Origin: Octopus vulgaris
Lineage: Eukaryota
Assembly: GCA_951406725.2 (NCBI GenBank)
Contig: OX597837.1
Coordinates: 46,128,001 to 46,192,000 of the forward strand
Reading direction: 5' to 3'
Length of the DNA stretch: 64,000 nucleotides
Part shown: positions 38,404 through 50,153 of the stretch, piece after piece
Numbering within the stretch: the first letter of the stretch is position 1
Layout: every line of letters starts with the position of its first letter
The notes under the pieces: model-generated
What the model saw: only the letters and a program-made list of their open reading frames with translations
Database searches by the model: none
Told to the model about the DNA's origin: nothing
Program-made: the position numbers and the translations under genes

Positions 38404-41400
38404 CAGACACACACACACACAGTTATATATTTATTGAAGTATTTGGATATAAAGAGTATGCTCCTTGTATCTGATTACTTTGGCTTTGTTTAAATTGATC
38501 CTTAATCATGCATAATCTCACAGCTTCGAGATTTCAGTGATGCGGTTTATTTTTAGAAGGAATATTTAGGGCAAGTGTGGTGGGGGGGCTTGATCTCACT
38601 GGTTTGGACATAAAAACAAGTAGAACATTTGGGGCCAGATTTAATGCTAGGGGATCGAATGTAAACTTTGCTTCACTGTTCAAACTTGTATTACTTTTAA
38701 TTACTGTTAATATAACTACCTGTATAATTAAGTATAGTTTTATCTGGAATAACTGTTTACTTTCAATATTTCAGGGCTTCACGGAAAACTTACATGCCAT
38801 CTTCTGCCTAGCAGAGAATGCCATTAGTCCCGATGCACTCCGTCCAGATGATATCATCAATATGTATTCAGGGAGGTAGGTGCCGTGTCTCAGTTCTTTC
38901 TTACAAATCGGGTTCCACATATGTGGACCATAGATTTCCATGTTTGATCCCACTATGCAACACTTGAAGCAAGTGTCCTCGACTATTGCCTCAAGTTTAC
39001 CAATGAACCAAAGAGTGGAATTTGGTTGACAGAAACTCTTCCATAGCTCATCATATATCTCATCATCATCATCATCGTTTAACATCCGCTTTCCAAGGTA
39101 GCATGGGTTGGACAATTTTGACTGAGGGCTGGCGAACCAGATGGCCACACCAGGCTCCAATCTGATCTGGCAGAGTTTCTACAGCTGGATGCTCTTCCTA
39201 ATGCCAACCACTCCGAGAGTGTAGTGGGTGCTTTTACATGCCATTGGTACGAGGGCCAGTCGTGCAGTCCTGGCAACGGCCAATATTTGTATATATAAAT
39301 GTGTGAGTGTGTTGGGGTTGTCTGTGACTATATTTTTCAGATGTAAACATTAAGAAAATGGTCAAACTGATTCTTTCAAACAAAAGCATATTTATTCTGC
39401 TCAAGTTGTACAGATACTCCCTTGGTGCTCAAGCCTTCATAATTGCAGTGCAACAGTGATTGGCCCATTGCAGTGAAGCTGTTGTTTGTTTGCCAAATGT
39501 CCATATAATAGGACACAAATATATAAACCATCATCATCATTTAATGTCTATTTTCCATGCTGGCATGGGTTGGATGGTCTGACCAGAGCTGATAAGGCAA
39601 GGGGCCACACCAGCCTCCATCTTCTGTCCTGGCATGGTTTCTACAGCTGGATGTCCTTCCTAATGCCGGCCACTCCACAGAGTGTAACTGAGTACTTTTT
39701 TATATAGCACCAGGCATCAGGATCAATTCTGCTGTGTTGGATGGGTCTTCTTGAGTACAGCAACATACCAGATATCTCAGTCCTTTGTCATCTTCATAAG
39801 TCTGAAGCAGAAAGAAATAGTTAAGGGGGTCTGTGACTAGAAGTCATCAGTCAAGAGCTCTTCATCCTTTAGAAACCAACATCACCATCCGAACCAACGA
39901 CAGTACTTCTGTGCAGTCATGTGACCCGAGAAAAGCAGGAACATTTCTTTGTCACCGTCTCTTACTGTTTTTCTAGTTCGGTATTTTAATTCCAATGGTC
40001 ATCACAAACCACATTATTAATGTTTTACAGGAGATAGAAGTACAACACCACCATTGACTCATATAAGACATGCAACAATAGAGACCCTAACACTCATTCA
40101 TATATACAATGCGCTTACAAAAATAAACATCCATATATATGTATACATGTTTCCCTCTCCAGAGCTGGGCTCACGAACATTTTTACATCTGGCTGGTTTG
40201 AGCATAAAACAGATAGAATATTCGGGCTTGAATATGGCTAGTTTAAAGACCAAAAGGGTTAAGGCAGGGGCTGACTTATCCAAGGTCAGTACTTCCTGAC
40301 TTTTCATTAGTCCTGCACCCCTTTTGATTACCACTCGAACCTTACTTGCATTCCTCCTTAAATCTTCCACTGTGATCTTTTTTTTTTAAAAGTAGAGGAG
40401 GTTTAATTTGAACCTGTTTCATATGTATTCCCAGTACTCCCTGAAATGAATTTTAGTACCCCAGATTAGGAGACACTGCTTTAGATGAAGCTAAAAGTCT
40501 TTGGTGGTGCCCCCCAAATAATTTAATGAATGACAAAATCAAACTTTTTGCCTTATTTCTATTTACAGAACAGTTGAGGTCAACAACACGGATGCAGAAG
40601 GCAGATTGGTTCTTAGTGATGGTGTAAGTTGTTTTCCCTGTATTACCACTTTATTAATAGATATAAATGTTTGTTTCTGTGTTCAGTTATAATCCTTTCT
40701 ATTAAAGGCACACGGCCTGAAATTTGGTGGGAGGGGGCTGGGTTGATTACATTGACCCCAGTGTTTTACTGGTACTTAATTTACAACCCTGAAAGGGTGG
40801 AAGGTAAAGCTGACCTCATGTTTAGTTATAATAACAAAAATTTTTTAAAAACTGTTTTACTTTGATCTGATGGGTTACTCTATACTTTCTTAGAGTATAA
40901 ATTTATTATTCTTATACAAGAATCTTGTTGACAGTGACTTTGAAGTTTCAGCCAGCTAAGCTATCATTGGACTGCAATTCATTAGAATTAGTCTTGTTTT
41001 ATATAGCCTCTGTTAGGTTAAAATCATGTTTGTGTTGGGGGTGGTAATTAGGTTTTTGTTTACCACCCCCAACTCAAACCCAAGCACCCAAAAATTATTT
41101 TTAACCCAACGATGGCTTAGTTGGCTGAAACTTTGAAGTCACTGTCAACAAGATTTTTGTATACAGGCATGGCTGTGTGGTAAAAAGCTTGTTTCCCAAC
41201 CGCATGGTTCTGGGTTCAATCCCACTGCATGAAACTTTGGGCAAGTGTCTTCTACAATAGCCTTAGGCAAAAGCCTTATGAGTGGATTGGTAGACAGAAA
41301 CTGAAAGATGACCACCATATATATATGTGTGTCTGTGTCTCCCACCATTGCTTGTGTGTTTACATCCCCATAACTTAGCAGTTCGGCAAAAGAGACTGAT

Positions 41401-44400
41401 AGAATAATTACTTGGCTTACAAAGAATAAGTCCTGGGGTTAATTTGTTTGACTAAAACCCCTTAAGGTGGTGCTCCAGCATGGCCACAGTCAAGTGACTG
41501 AAACAACTAAAAGAATTTGAACTCAGAACACAAAGACAGGTAAAATGCCACTAAGCATTGCTAATGATTCTGCCAGCTTGCTTCCTTATCTGTTACTATC
41601 TAATAAAGACATCTCTTCCTTCTTCGCAGGTGGCTTATGCACAAAAAGACCTCAAAGCTGATATTGTGATAGATGTTGCTACTCTGACAGGAGCTCAGGG
41701 AGTGGCAACTGGTAAGTAAAGAACATTTTGGTTTTTACTTTTCTACTTCTAACATCTTTTCCCCACACCCAACCCCATCCCATATTTTCTGTTGTAATCC
41801 AACAAGGAAACCTCTTCATGGTTGCATAACCTGCAACAAGCAGACAATTCTTTGTTAAATCCTTTTGTATTATAAAAGAAAGGTCACACTGGATAATGTA
41901 ACCCTAGATACACTAATCATCATTTTATGTCTGCTTTCCATGCTGGCAATGGTTGGTCAGATCATTATTGTTCAAATTACTTACAATTCTTACCTAGATT
42001 TACTGCTCACTTAAATAAGTGAGAAGACTAAATTTGACTTAGATGTTGCATTTTTAGTGTAGTTTTTACAGATCAGTGTCTTTCCTGACCCCAATCTCTT
42101 CACAGAGTGTACTGCATGCTTTTTAGCTTAGCACCTACACTACAGAAATTGTCAAGTACTCAACAAGACTATTTACAGTTCTCTCTTCAGTCTGTTGTTT
42201 CTGATCGGCAGTCATTTTACAGAATGCACAAGATGTAGCATCACCACTGAAGAAAATCTTCCTCTTCATGATGAATGTGTGTTCATAAGACACTCAATTT
42301 ATCAACACGATAGACCATGGGACAGCTGATGTTTTGATATTGTTGTGTCTTTTTGGCCTGAGGTACCCCAGGCTAATGAATCTGACTATAGCTTCATGGT
42401 TTTGTTTATAACTGCAGCAAACAAAATAATTACCAATGCAGTTTCCTGTTCTACTTCTTTTTTTTACCTTTGAAATTTTTTTCTTCCCCAGGTCGTTTCC
42501 ATGCAGGTATAGTAACCAATAATGAAAACTGGGAAAACGCTTGTTTAAAAGCTGGCCGTGTCAGTGGTGATCTTGTACACGCAATGCCATACACTCCGGA
42601 ATTGCATTTTGTTGAATTTTCTAGTGCTTTAGCTGACATGAAAAATTCTGTTGCTGTAAGTATGAGTATTTATATTTGTTAATAAATATCTGTTGTCTTA
42701 CTGTCCAATATATAATTGTATATATTTCTCTTCTGAGATTTTTTAATTTCCTTGTATTTAATAAAAATAGTTTAATTATCAAACTCTTCCAATTATTTCT
42801 GTCATTTGTCCCCTTTTATACACTTATTTTCTTTTAACCCTCTGATTTGATCTTTTATACAGAGGACTTGTAAGATGCAAAAGCAGTTGAGTGATAATTG
42901 TTTTTTGTTATTTCAGGATCGAAGTAATGCCCAAGTTTCATGTGCTGGCCTTTTTATAGCTTCAAGTTTAGGATTTGATTATTCTGGTATCTGGTTACAT
43001 ATAGATATGGCATTCCCAGTCTATTCTGTAAGTAAAGAGATGTTTTCTTATTTCAAAGTGTGTGTGTGTGTTTTTGTAACTTTATGGTTATAACTGAGTC
43101 TTCTGTATGGTATCTTTGGCAAGTGTCTTGTACTACAACCTTGGATTAAACAATACCTTATGAGTAGAATGTGGTAGATGGCTTTTCCATGCTTGCATGG
43201 GTCAGGCACAATTTGTTGAAGTAGATGTTTCTGTGGCTGGATGCACTTGCTGTCACCAACCCTCGCTTGTCCTCAAACATGAAGACTGCAAATGATCAAC
43301 ATTGCTTGTATAGCAATGACACTTGTTCACAATCATCACATGATGTCAAGACATGGGTATACACAAACATACATACATACATACATACATACATACATAC
43401 ATACATGTGTCGGGCATCCAAGCCAAATCAGACTGGAACCAAGTGCAGAGAGCTTGCCAGTTCTGGTCAAACTGGCCATACCATGCCAGCAATGACAAAT
43501 GGACGTTAAAGGAAGAGGAGGAGGGTAGATTCTTTCAGTTTCTGTTTTATCAAATCCACTCACAAAGCTTTGCTTAGCCCATGGCTATTGTAGAAAGCAC
43601 TTTCACAAGGTGCTGTGCAGTGGGACTGAACCTGATACCACATGGTTGAAAAGTTAGCTTCTCAGCCACACCTTATTTGGCTGTTTATGTATAAATATGT
43701 TAAATATTTATACACAAGACAGCATGTGTTAGGAAACTTAAAATGAATTTATAACAAACCAGTTTTCAAACTTTTGAACTTTAACCCTTTAGCTTTCAGA
43801 TTATTCTGTCCAAACATAATGTTTATTTATTCACATTGTTTCGAATGAAGCCAGCATAATTTCATAGCTTTGAGATTTCAATGATGTGGTTATTTACTTT
43901 TAGAATGACATTGTAGGGTGGGTGTGAGAGGCTGGATTTGGCCAGTTTGAACATAAAACAGGTAGAATATTTGGGTTGGATATAGCTTGTTTGTTTATTA
44001 TTGTCAAGCATCTTTACCTTTTTTTTTCTGTTCACCTCCGCAAAGCCATTAAAATATCAATAGAAGTGACTTTTTTGTGAATTTTCTATCCAGAACCCAA
44101 TCAAAATGCCCAAAACTTGATACGCCAATTGAATGCCAGCTAGCTGTATGTGATTGGTCAGAGATTTGGACAGTACTCACGTGTATGTGCGCACGCACAC
44201 AGCTGTATATGCATGCACTAGCACTATGACCCGGCGTTGCCAGGTCATAGTGCTAGTTATTATTATGGGGTTTTTTAATTATTATTCTAATTCTATTTTT
44301 CAGGGCGAACGTGCCACTGGCTACGGAGTTGCCCTTCTGGCAACACTGCTCGGAGAGGGTTCCTCAAATTCCATGTTGCAGTATGTAGCCCCACCTTTAG

Positions 44401-44456
44401 TAGAGAACTCAATGGATATTGAAGAGAACGAAGTAAAAAGAATTCGCTTAGAATGA
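25048..44456 (+). CDS. NPEPL1: Probable aminopeptidase NPEPL1 (peptidase M17 / leucyl aminopeptidase family); 12 coding exons, 1560 nt, 519 aa
   Basis: Exons joined at GT-AG sites with consistent phases: 25048-25194, 31585-31767, 32955-33215, 33931-34012, 35610-35752, 37374-37451, 38775-38875, 40569-40623, 41630-41711, 42492-42655, 42917-43027, 44304-44456. Contains M17 motifs WVGKGIVYDTGG, MKRDCGGAAA, NNTDAEGRL, DVATLTGA and NPEPL1-type segments SDPQ, PTDSCPL, SRHNTPS, GERATG. Confidence 0.96.
27660..27990 (+). mobile_element. tRNA-derived SINE family D (copies also near 59940-60210 + and 34770-34915 -)
   Basis: TTAGTGGTTAGGGCA A-box, GAGTTCAATTCC B-box, TTGAGCAAAACATTTTATTTCACATTGCTCCAGTCCACTCAGCTG body shared between copies. 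Confidence 0.75.
31585..31767 (+). CDS. NPEPL1: NPEPL1 coding exon 2 (MYSTALASLRPSPTDSCPLWLN...KEFIV)
   Basis: ttccag acceptor, GTAAGT donor at 31768, phase 0/0. Confidence 0.95.
32955..33215 (+). CDS. NPEPL1: NPEPL1 coding exon 3 (MVCERRDVLASACAIARALP...EMHTDAFVD)
   Basis: tttcag acceptor, GTAAGT donor at 33216; motif GIRLAARLVDAPC. Confidence 0.95.
33221..33585 (+). repeat. 25-bp minisatellite, about 12 good copies plus degenerate ones, in the intron after NPEPL1 coding exon 3
   Basis: Unit (G/C)ACGTCTTTTCTGTCTTCGGC(T/C)GTC starting at 33316, 33341, 33366 ... 33566. Confidence 0.95.
33931..34012 (+). CDS. NPEPL1: NPEPL1 coding exon 4 (EISKIGAELNITPLIIRGNELAEKGFG)
   Basis: ttctgcag acceptor, GTAAAT donor at 34013, phase 0/1; not in ORF track. 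Confidence 0.93.
34190..34760 (-). mobile_element. R4/Dong-like LINE 3' fragment (zinc knuckle and restriction-like endonuclease)
   Basis: ETTDHLVLGC...RHNRV, PDIAIKDREENTCRLMDVSVP..KEFDKLSKYKDLEIEIEKMW..VPVIVDAL (PD-(D/E)xK type). Confidence 0.85.
35610..35752 (+). CDS. NPEPL1: NPEPL1 coding exon 5 (VYNVGKAASHPPAL...WVGKGIVYDTGGLCIKSK)
   Basis: ttgcag acceptor, GTAAGC donor at 35753; carries metal-ligand Lys/Asp and the catalytic Lys of M17. Confidence 0.96.
37374..37451 (+). CDS. NPEPL1: NPEPL1 coding exon 6 (ATMLGMKRDCGGAAAILGAFYSTVKL)
   Basis: tttcag acceptor, GTACGC donor at 37452, phase 0/0; MKRDCGGAA motif. Confidence 0.95.
38775..38875 (+). CDS. NPEPL1: NPEPL1 coding exon 7 (GFTENLHAIFCLAENAISPDALRPDDIINMYSG)
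   Basis: tttcag acceptor, GTAGGT donor at 38876, phase 0/2. Confidence 0.95.
40569..40623 (+). CDS. NPEPL1: NPEPL1 coding exon 8 (TVEVNNTDAEGRLVLSDG)
   Basis: ttacag acceptor, GTAAGT donor at 40624; NTDAEGRL is the cytosol aminopeptidase signature. Confidence 0.97.
41630..41711 (+). CDS. NPEPL1: NPEPL1 coding exon 9 (VAYAQKDLKADIVIDVATLTGAQGVAT)
   Basis: ttcgcag acceptor, GTAAGT donor at 41712, phase 0/1; DVATLTGA motif. Confidence 0.96.
42492..42655 (+). CDS. NPEPL1: NPEPL1 coding exon 10 (RFHAGIVTNNENWE...ADMKNSVA)
   Basis: ccccag acceptor, GTAAGT donor at 42656, phase 1/0. Confidence 0.96.
42917..43027 (+). CDS. NPEPL1: NPEPL1 coding exon 11 (DRSNAQVSCAGLFI...WLHIDMAFPVYS)
   Basis: tttcag acceptor, GTAAGT donor at 43028; WxHxD motif. 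Confidence 0.96.
44304..44456 (+). CDS. NPEPL1: NPEPL1 terminal coding exon (GERATGYGVALL...KRIRLE*)
   Basis: tttcag acceptor, TGA stop at 44454-44456; GxATGxGV motif. Confidence 0.95.
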   Translation, partial: GERATGYGVALLATLLGEGSSNSMLQYVAPPLVENSMDIEENEVKRIRLE

Positions 44457-44887
44457 AAGAGAAGCAAACCCGAACCAAAAGCGGACAAGCCCTGCCTCTC
44501 CTTTGCGTGGATTTGTTCTATGCCATTTGCTTGTACCAAACCAGAATTTGGGTAGCCAAGCCAAGACTTCCTGTTGCTACGGCTACCTGGCCTTTTTCTC
44601 CTCCTTCATAAACAACAACAACAACAATTACAACAGCAAAAATAATTATAGTTCATCACATAGCAAACCTGTAGACATTTTAGTGTATTAATACTTCTTT
44701 CACACACCCTCTCTTGCTCTCCCCCTTTCTCACACACATTGTATACACATACTGCCTTCCTACCCCCTCCCCTTGCTACTTGTTTCTATCACTCTCTTTC
44801 ACTAACCCCTGTTCTTCTTGACCCCTTCCAACAGCTATTTTCCCTCCCTCCCTTCAGTTCCTTTCTGTATATTTGTATTTAAAAATT

Positions 44888-44893
44888 AATAAA
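44888..44893 (+). terminator. Candidate polyadenylation signal for NPEPL1
   Basis: AATAAA about 430 nt downstream of the stop codon, followed by T-rich sequence. Confidence 0.5.
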
Positions 44894-44974
44894 CAACGGA
44901 TTCTTGAATAAGCTGAATAATGATTAAAGTCTGTATAAGATTTATTTTTGTAAATGGTTAACATACATACATAC

Positions 44975-45006
<32 letters not shown>

Positions 45007-45020
45007 ATATATATATATAA

Positions 45021-45054
<34 letters not shown>

Positions 45055-45574
45055 AATGCATACACATAAATACATTCACCCATCATCATTTAACACCCGT
45101 GTTTCTTGCTTGCTTGAATAGCATTTGATTAGACTAAAGACTGTGTTAGTCTCCAGCGTCTGCCTTGGTAAGGTTTCTACAGACACTGGACACCAGCCCA
45201 GTCCTCAGCTTAATCCAATACTGTTGAACCATCCACCTCATGGCAGCAAGGAACATGCATGCTAAATGATATACATATACATACATACATATATATATAT
45301 ATATATGTATATTTGAAGGTGAAGGTTACATGCTTATGCTGGAACTGAAATTTCTCCATAGCTGCTTCATTGGGTCGTGTAGGGGGAAAAAAATGTATGG
45401 ATAATCTGAATGGAATCATCCTGCACATTTTGCCACACTACTTGATGAATCCATGGTGGTAAAATCCAAAACTATAAACCATGTAATCTTTATCTTCAAA
45501 TAAATTAATTACAGTCTACTATTAATTATTAATAAACATACAAGTGTTTGTATGTATCTGTCTGTGTGTGTGTT

Positions 45575-45606
<32 letters not shown>

Positions 45607-47149
45607 TATATAGTGTTACACTTGGGGATGGCCATATTTTGCCAATTAAACACATGCTATTTATTTGATCTTCTTTTAGCTTTATTATTATTATTATTAG
45701 TTTCTTTGTCAGAGCTCTTTCTTCACACCCTCTGTGACCTCTTCAGCAACTCTCTATCTCACGTGTCTCCTCTTTTTCTGCTTATTCCATTTCATGTTTC
45801 TTACCACAGAATGTCTGAAGAAAGAACTTTAACAAAGAAACTAAAATGATAATAATAATCAAGTGAAGACCAAATACAGTGCTTGTGTTTAATTGGCAAA
45901 ATGTGACCCATCCCCAAGTGCAACAATATCTATGTCAAGAACCTTGCAAAACAAACACACACACACAATTGTTAACATTATTATTATTATTAAAAATATG
46001 GAGATATTTGGTGTATTTGATTATTGAAAATGTTTATGCACAAATGTTAATTACATTTTATGATAAAATATAGCAAACATTATTTTATTTTAGTTTTATT
46101 TTTACTTTTATTCACTGCTCTGGGACAAATACCTTCATCTGTTTTAATCAATTTATTTATTTATTATTATTATTATCATCATCAAGGCAGCGAGATGGCT
46201 GAGTTGCCAAAGTGCTGGACAAAATGCTTAGCAGCATCTCCTCTGGCTCTTTGCATTCTGACTGAATTCCAATCCTGCTGAGGTTGTCCTTGCCTTTCAT
46301 TCTTTCGGGTTTGATAAAAATAAGTTACCAGTTGAGCGCTGGGATTGATTTAATCAACTAATCCACCTTCCCCTAAAATTGTCGGTTCTGTGGCAAAATA
46401 AGAATTATTTAAATCACTGAGCTGACAGAATTCTCAGCACACTGGATAAAATGCTTAGCACCATTTTGTCTGATTTTACCATTCTGGGTTCAAATTCTGT
46501 TCAGGTCAACTTTGCCTCTCATCTTTTTGGGTTGGCTTGCCCTTCCCCCTACCAATTTCAGGCCTAGTACCTATAGTAGAAAGGATTATTATTATTATTT
46601 TTAATTTCTTGTCTAAAACAAATCTTTTTTTTGTTACTTCTCATGTCATCCAAACAGGGATTTGGGAATCTGGGATTGTTATTTGTGAGTCTAGAAAACA
46701 AATTTGAAACCTTTTAAAAATAGTGTTAGCACAATTTGCACAAAATTTCTCACAGGGGTCACAATGAAAATGCTTGTGCTGCTGTGACTCCCCACCAATC
46801 TATTTTTTCTTATTTTTTTATTTTTATTTTTTTATTTCGAAAATCTCTTTTTCCTCCACTTCTGATTTACAAAATTGAAAGAAAAGAAAGAAGAAAAAAA
46901 ATATTATGTAAACTAAAAAAAAAACTGATTCAGGACTTTGTTTTTGGCTTTTGTCCTCGTCTTTTTAAAGGAAAATTCAACAAAAATAAAATTCTTTTTA
47001 ATGCACTCTTGTTTATTTTTTGACTTTCATTATTTTTACTAGGTTTTTTTTTACTGAGTTAAATTTTTTTCCTTAGTATTATATATACACAGCTTATTTA
47101 ATTGTTGTTAATTCTTTTGTATGTATGACTTTGATGATATTTTCACGAG

Positions 47150-48150
47150 TAGGTTGTTCAATTGATCAGATCACACAGAACCTTTGTTGACTTCGAGGAT
47201 GCTTTCCTTTTTTTTTTCTACAAAGTGTCCTGTCCATTATGCCCCAGAGGTTCTCAGTGGGGTTTATAGCTGGTGACTGGTTTGGCCATGGAAGCTTTTT
47301 ATTGCCATTCTCTTCCAACCAATCTTGGGACTTTTTAGCTGTGTGGCAAGGAACCCCATCTTCCATAAAGAGTCTTCTTTAATCATTTCACCACTGTTGA
47401 AGATTGAAAGGAGTCCTTTCTGCAATATGGACGCATGTTTATCTGTGTTTATGTTTGCCCTCACACTCCACCAGCTCTGATTGACCATTGCTCTAAATTG
47501 CTCTCCACATCATCACAGAATAGCAGCCGTGTCTCATTGTTGGTGCAATCTTTTCATGTCAAATTCTTGATCACAGAATCTCCGGACCCACACTCAACCA
47601 CGGTCAGAAAATACAGCAAATCTTGACTCATCAGAGAATATGACTGTCCCAAAATGCTAGTGGCCTCTCCACCATCTCACTGGCCCAATCTTTTCTCCAC
47701 TTGATATTGATTGGTCAAAGAAGTGGCTTCCTTCTTGCTGCTCTGCCACAGTAGCCAAGTTTGTGGAGATACCTGACATCAACTTGTTCTGCTTTGTCAG
47801 AGGCCTTGCAACGAGGATTATCCTCTGCACTCCTTTTAACAAGGTGAAAGGTTGACCTGGGCAAGATGATGTGGACTTCTTCCCCTCTCTGGTGAATTGC
47901 ACAATCACTCTATTAACTGTAGAAAGCAGGATCTCAAGGTTTTCTGTAGTTTTACTCTAAGTCCACCTTCAGATTGACCCACAATACGGCCTCTTTGAAA
48001 TTCAGACAGTTCCAATGCATCTTTTGTATATGGCATAATTAAACAGTCACATATAGAAGCTGAAACATAAAAAATGTAAACCTTTCAAGTTAAAATAAGC
48101 AAAACCCTGTTTTATGGGGTGTCTATTTACTTCTGCCATGTGTTTGTATG
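47150..48150 (-). mobile_element. Degraded Tc1-family transposon
   Basis: SDESRF near 47630, EDGVPCHTAK..WL..LPWPNQSPAINPTENLW (DD34E region), N-terminal HTH-like segment near 48030. Confidence 0.85.
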
Positions 48151-49869
48151 TATGTGCTAGTTGCTACTCTGAGTTTCCTCATCTTCATTTTTGGCAATCA
48201 CTGGGTGAAGCTTCAACTCTGAATAAAAGAATACACTCTGCTACAGGAGTGCTTTTTTTTTCCCCTCTTCTTTGAAAACACACACACACACACACATCAT
48301 CGTTCTATTAAATGTGCTTATAGAGAGAAGAATACTGAAAAACGTCAATACATGTCAGAGTGACAAAGAAATGAGGCAGTTGAGATGTGCTAAAAACAAC
48401 AGCCAAATCGCCTTTAAATCACACACAAAAAAATTTTTTTCCCAACCGTATGAATTTGTATGTAGAACACAAATTCACAAAAATTTTCTGAAAATTAAAA
48501 AAAAATATATAAAAGTTATGAGGGGTTATATGGAGTGCCTAAACCAGAATTCTGCCTGGGATGCTATAAAAGCTAAGAGAGGATCTTACAAGCAAGGAGG
48601 AATATTGGAGAGAAACTAGACCCCCAGGAAGGTAGCATCATCATCATCATCAATTTAATATCCCCTTTTCCATGCATGGGTTGGCGTAATTTGTTGAGGC
48701 AGGTCTCCTATAGCTGGATGCCCTTGCTGTCACCAACATGCACCTATTTCCAAATAAGGTAATATTTTCCCTTGACCAGACATGTTTTCACAGAAGATTG
48801 GAAATGGACACCACTTGCATAATGGTGACACTTGTTTACAACTACCATGTGATATCAAGGCACGAAGTCAGTAACACACGTGTGTATACAATAAGTTTCT
48901 TTCAGTTTTTTATTTCTTTATTGTCCACAAGGGGCTAAACATAAAGGGGACAGACAAAAGGATTAAGTCAATTACATCGACCCCAGTGTGTAACTGGTAC
49001 TTAATTTGTCTATCCCGAAAGGATGAAAGGAAAAGTCGACATCTGTGGAATTTGAACTCAGAACGTAGCGGCAGACGAAATACCTATTTCTTTACTGCCC
49101 ACAAGGGGCTACACACAGAGAGGACAAACAAGGACAGACAAATGGATTAAGTCAATTATATCGACCCCAATGTGTAACTGGCACTTATTTAATCAACCCC
49201 GAAAAGATGAAAGGCAAAGTTGACCTTGGCGGAATTTGAACTCAGAACGTAGCAGCAGATGAAATACCACTAAATATTTCGCCGGGCATGCTAACGTTTC
49301 TACCAGCTTGCCACCTTCTTTCAGCTTGTGTCTACCAAATCCACTTACAAGGCTTTGGTTGGCCTGGTGCTCTAGTGGGAGACACTTGCTCAAGGTGCCA
49401 TACCATGGCGCTGAACCCAGAACCATGTGGTTGAGAAGCAAACTTCTTATCACACAGCTAAAAAAATAGTAAAGGCTGGAAGTAAAAGGTTTGTTAATGT
49501 TCTAACGCCATGAAAGGTGTGAGGTATTGCAAATTCTAAAGTATCGTGTCTATATGAATCCGGGCATTGTCAGTGAAAAGTGTACAAAATGATAAAGACA
49601 CACTTGTTCTCTCTGACACTGAGAAAAAAGAGGCATGAAAATGTTACTAATTCCCTCTCCAACCCAGCTATCAAATTTGGCTGAGAACAGACACAGGCCT
49701 GATCAAAGGCACACCAACAATGACCACCCTGTCTTTTTAGAGACACTTGTGACTACATTATTCAGCATTGGTGTTCTTTTCTCAAGTCTGTAGGGTTTGA
49801 TTTAAGGTAGATTTGGCTGCTAGAAATAACAGCTTAATCTTTAAATTGCACCTTACTGGCTTTAAATGA

Positions 49870-50153
49870 TATTGGGTCATCCCATAAATAATGCAGTTTT
49901 TTCAAGTGCATGAACTAAAAATTGGAGGAGGACAGGATAATCTACCCGCATCAACTTGTTATAAAAGCAAGTAGTAATTTTTACCTTGTACTTATTCTTA
50001 GTGCAAGTTTTGAAGAGTGCAGTTCGATTTTAACAATTATTTTTTCAAAGCTATAATGGAAGTCACAAAGGAGCATATTCGGCATATTTCACTTTATGAG
50101 TTCAATAAAGGCAACAATTCAACGGAAAATGCGAGGAATATTAATGCAGTATA
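49870..50153 (+). mobile_element. Mariner 5' end fragment
   Basis: TA-TTGGGTCATCCCATAAATAATGC TIR-like start and MEVTKEHIRHISLYEFNKGNNSTENARNINAV transposase N-terminus, truncated by a SINE. Confidence 0.75.
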
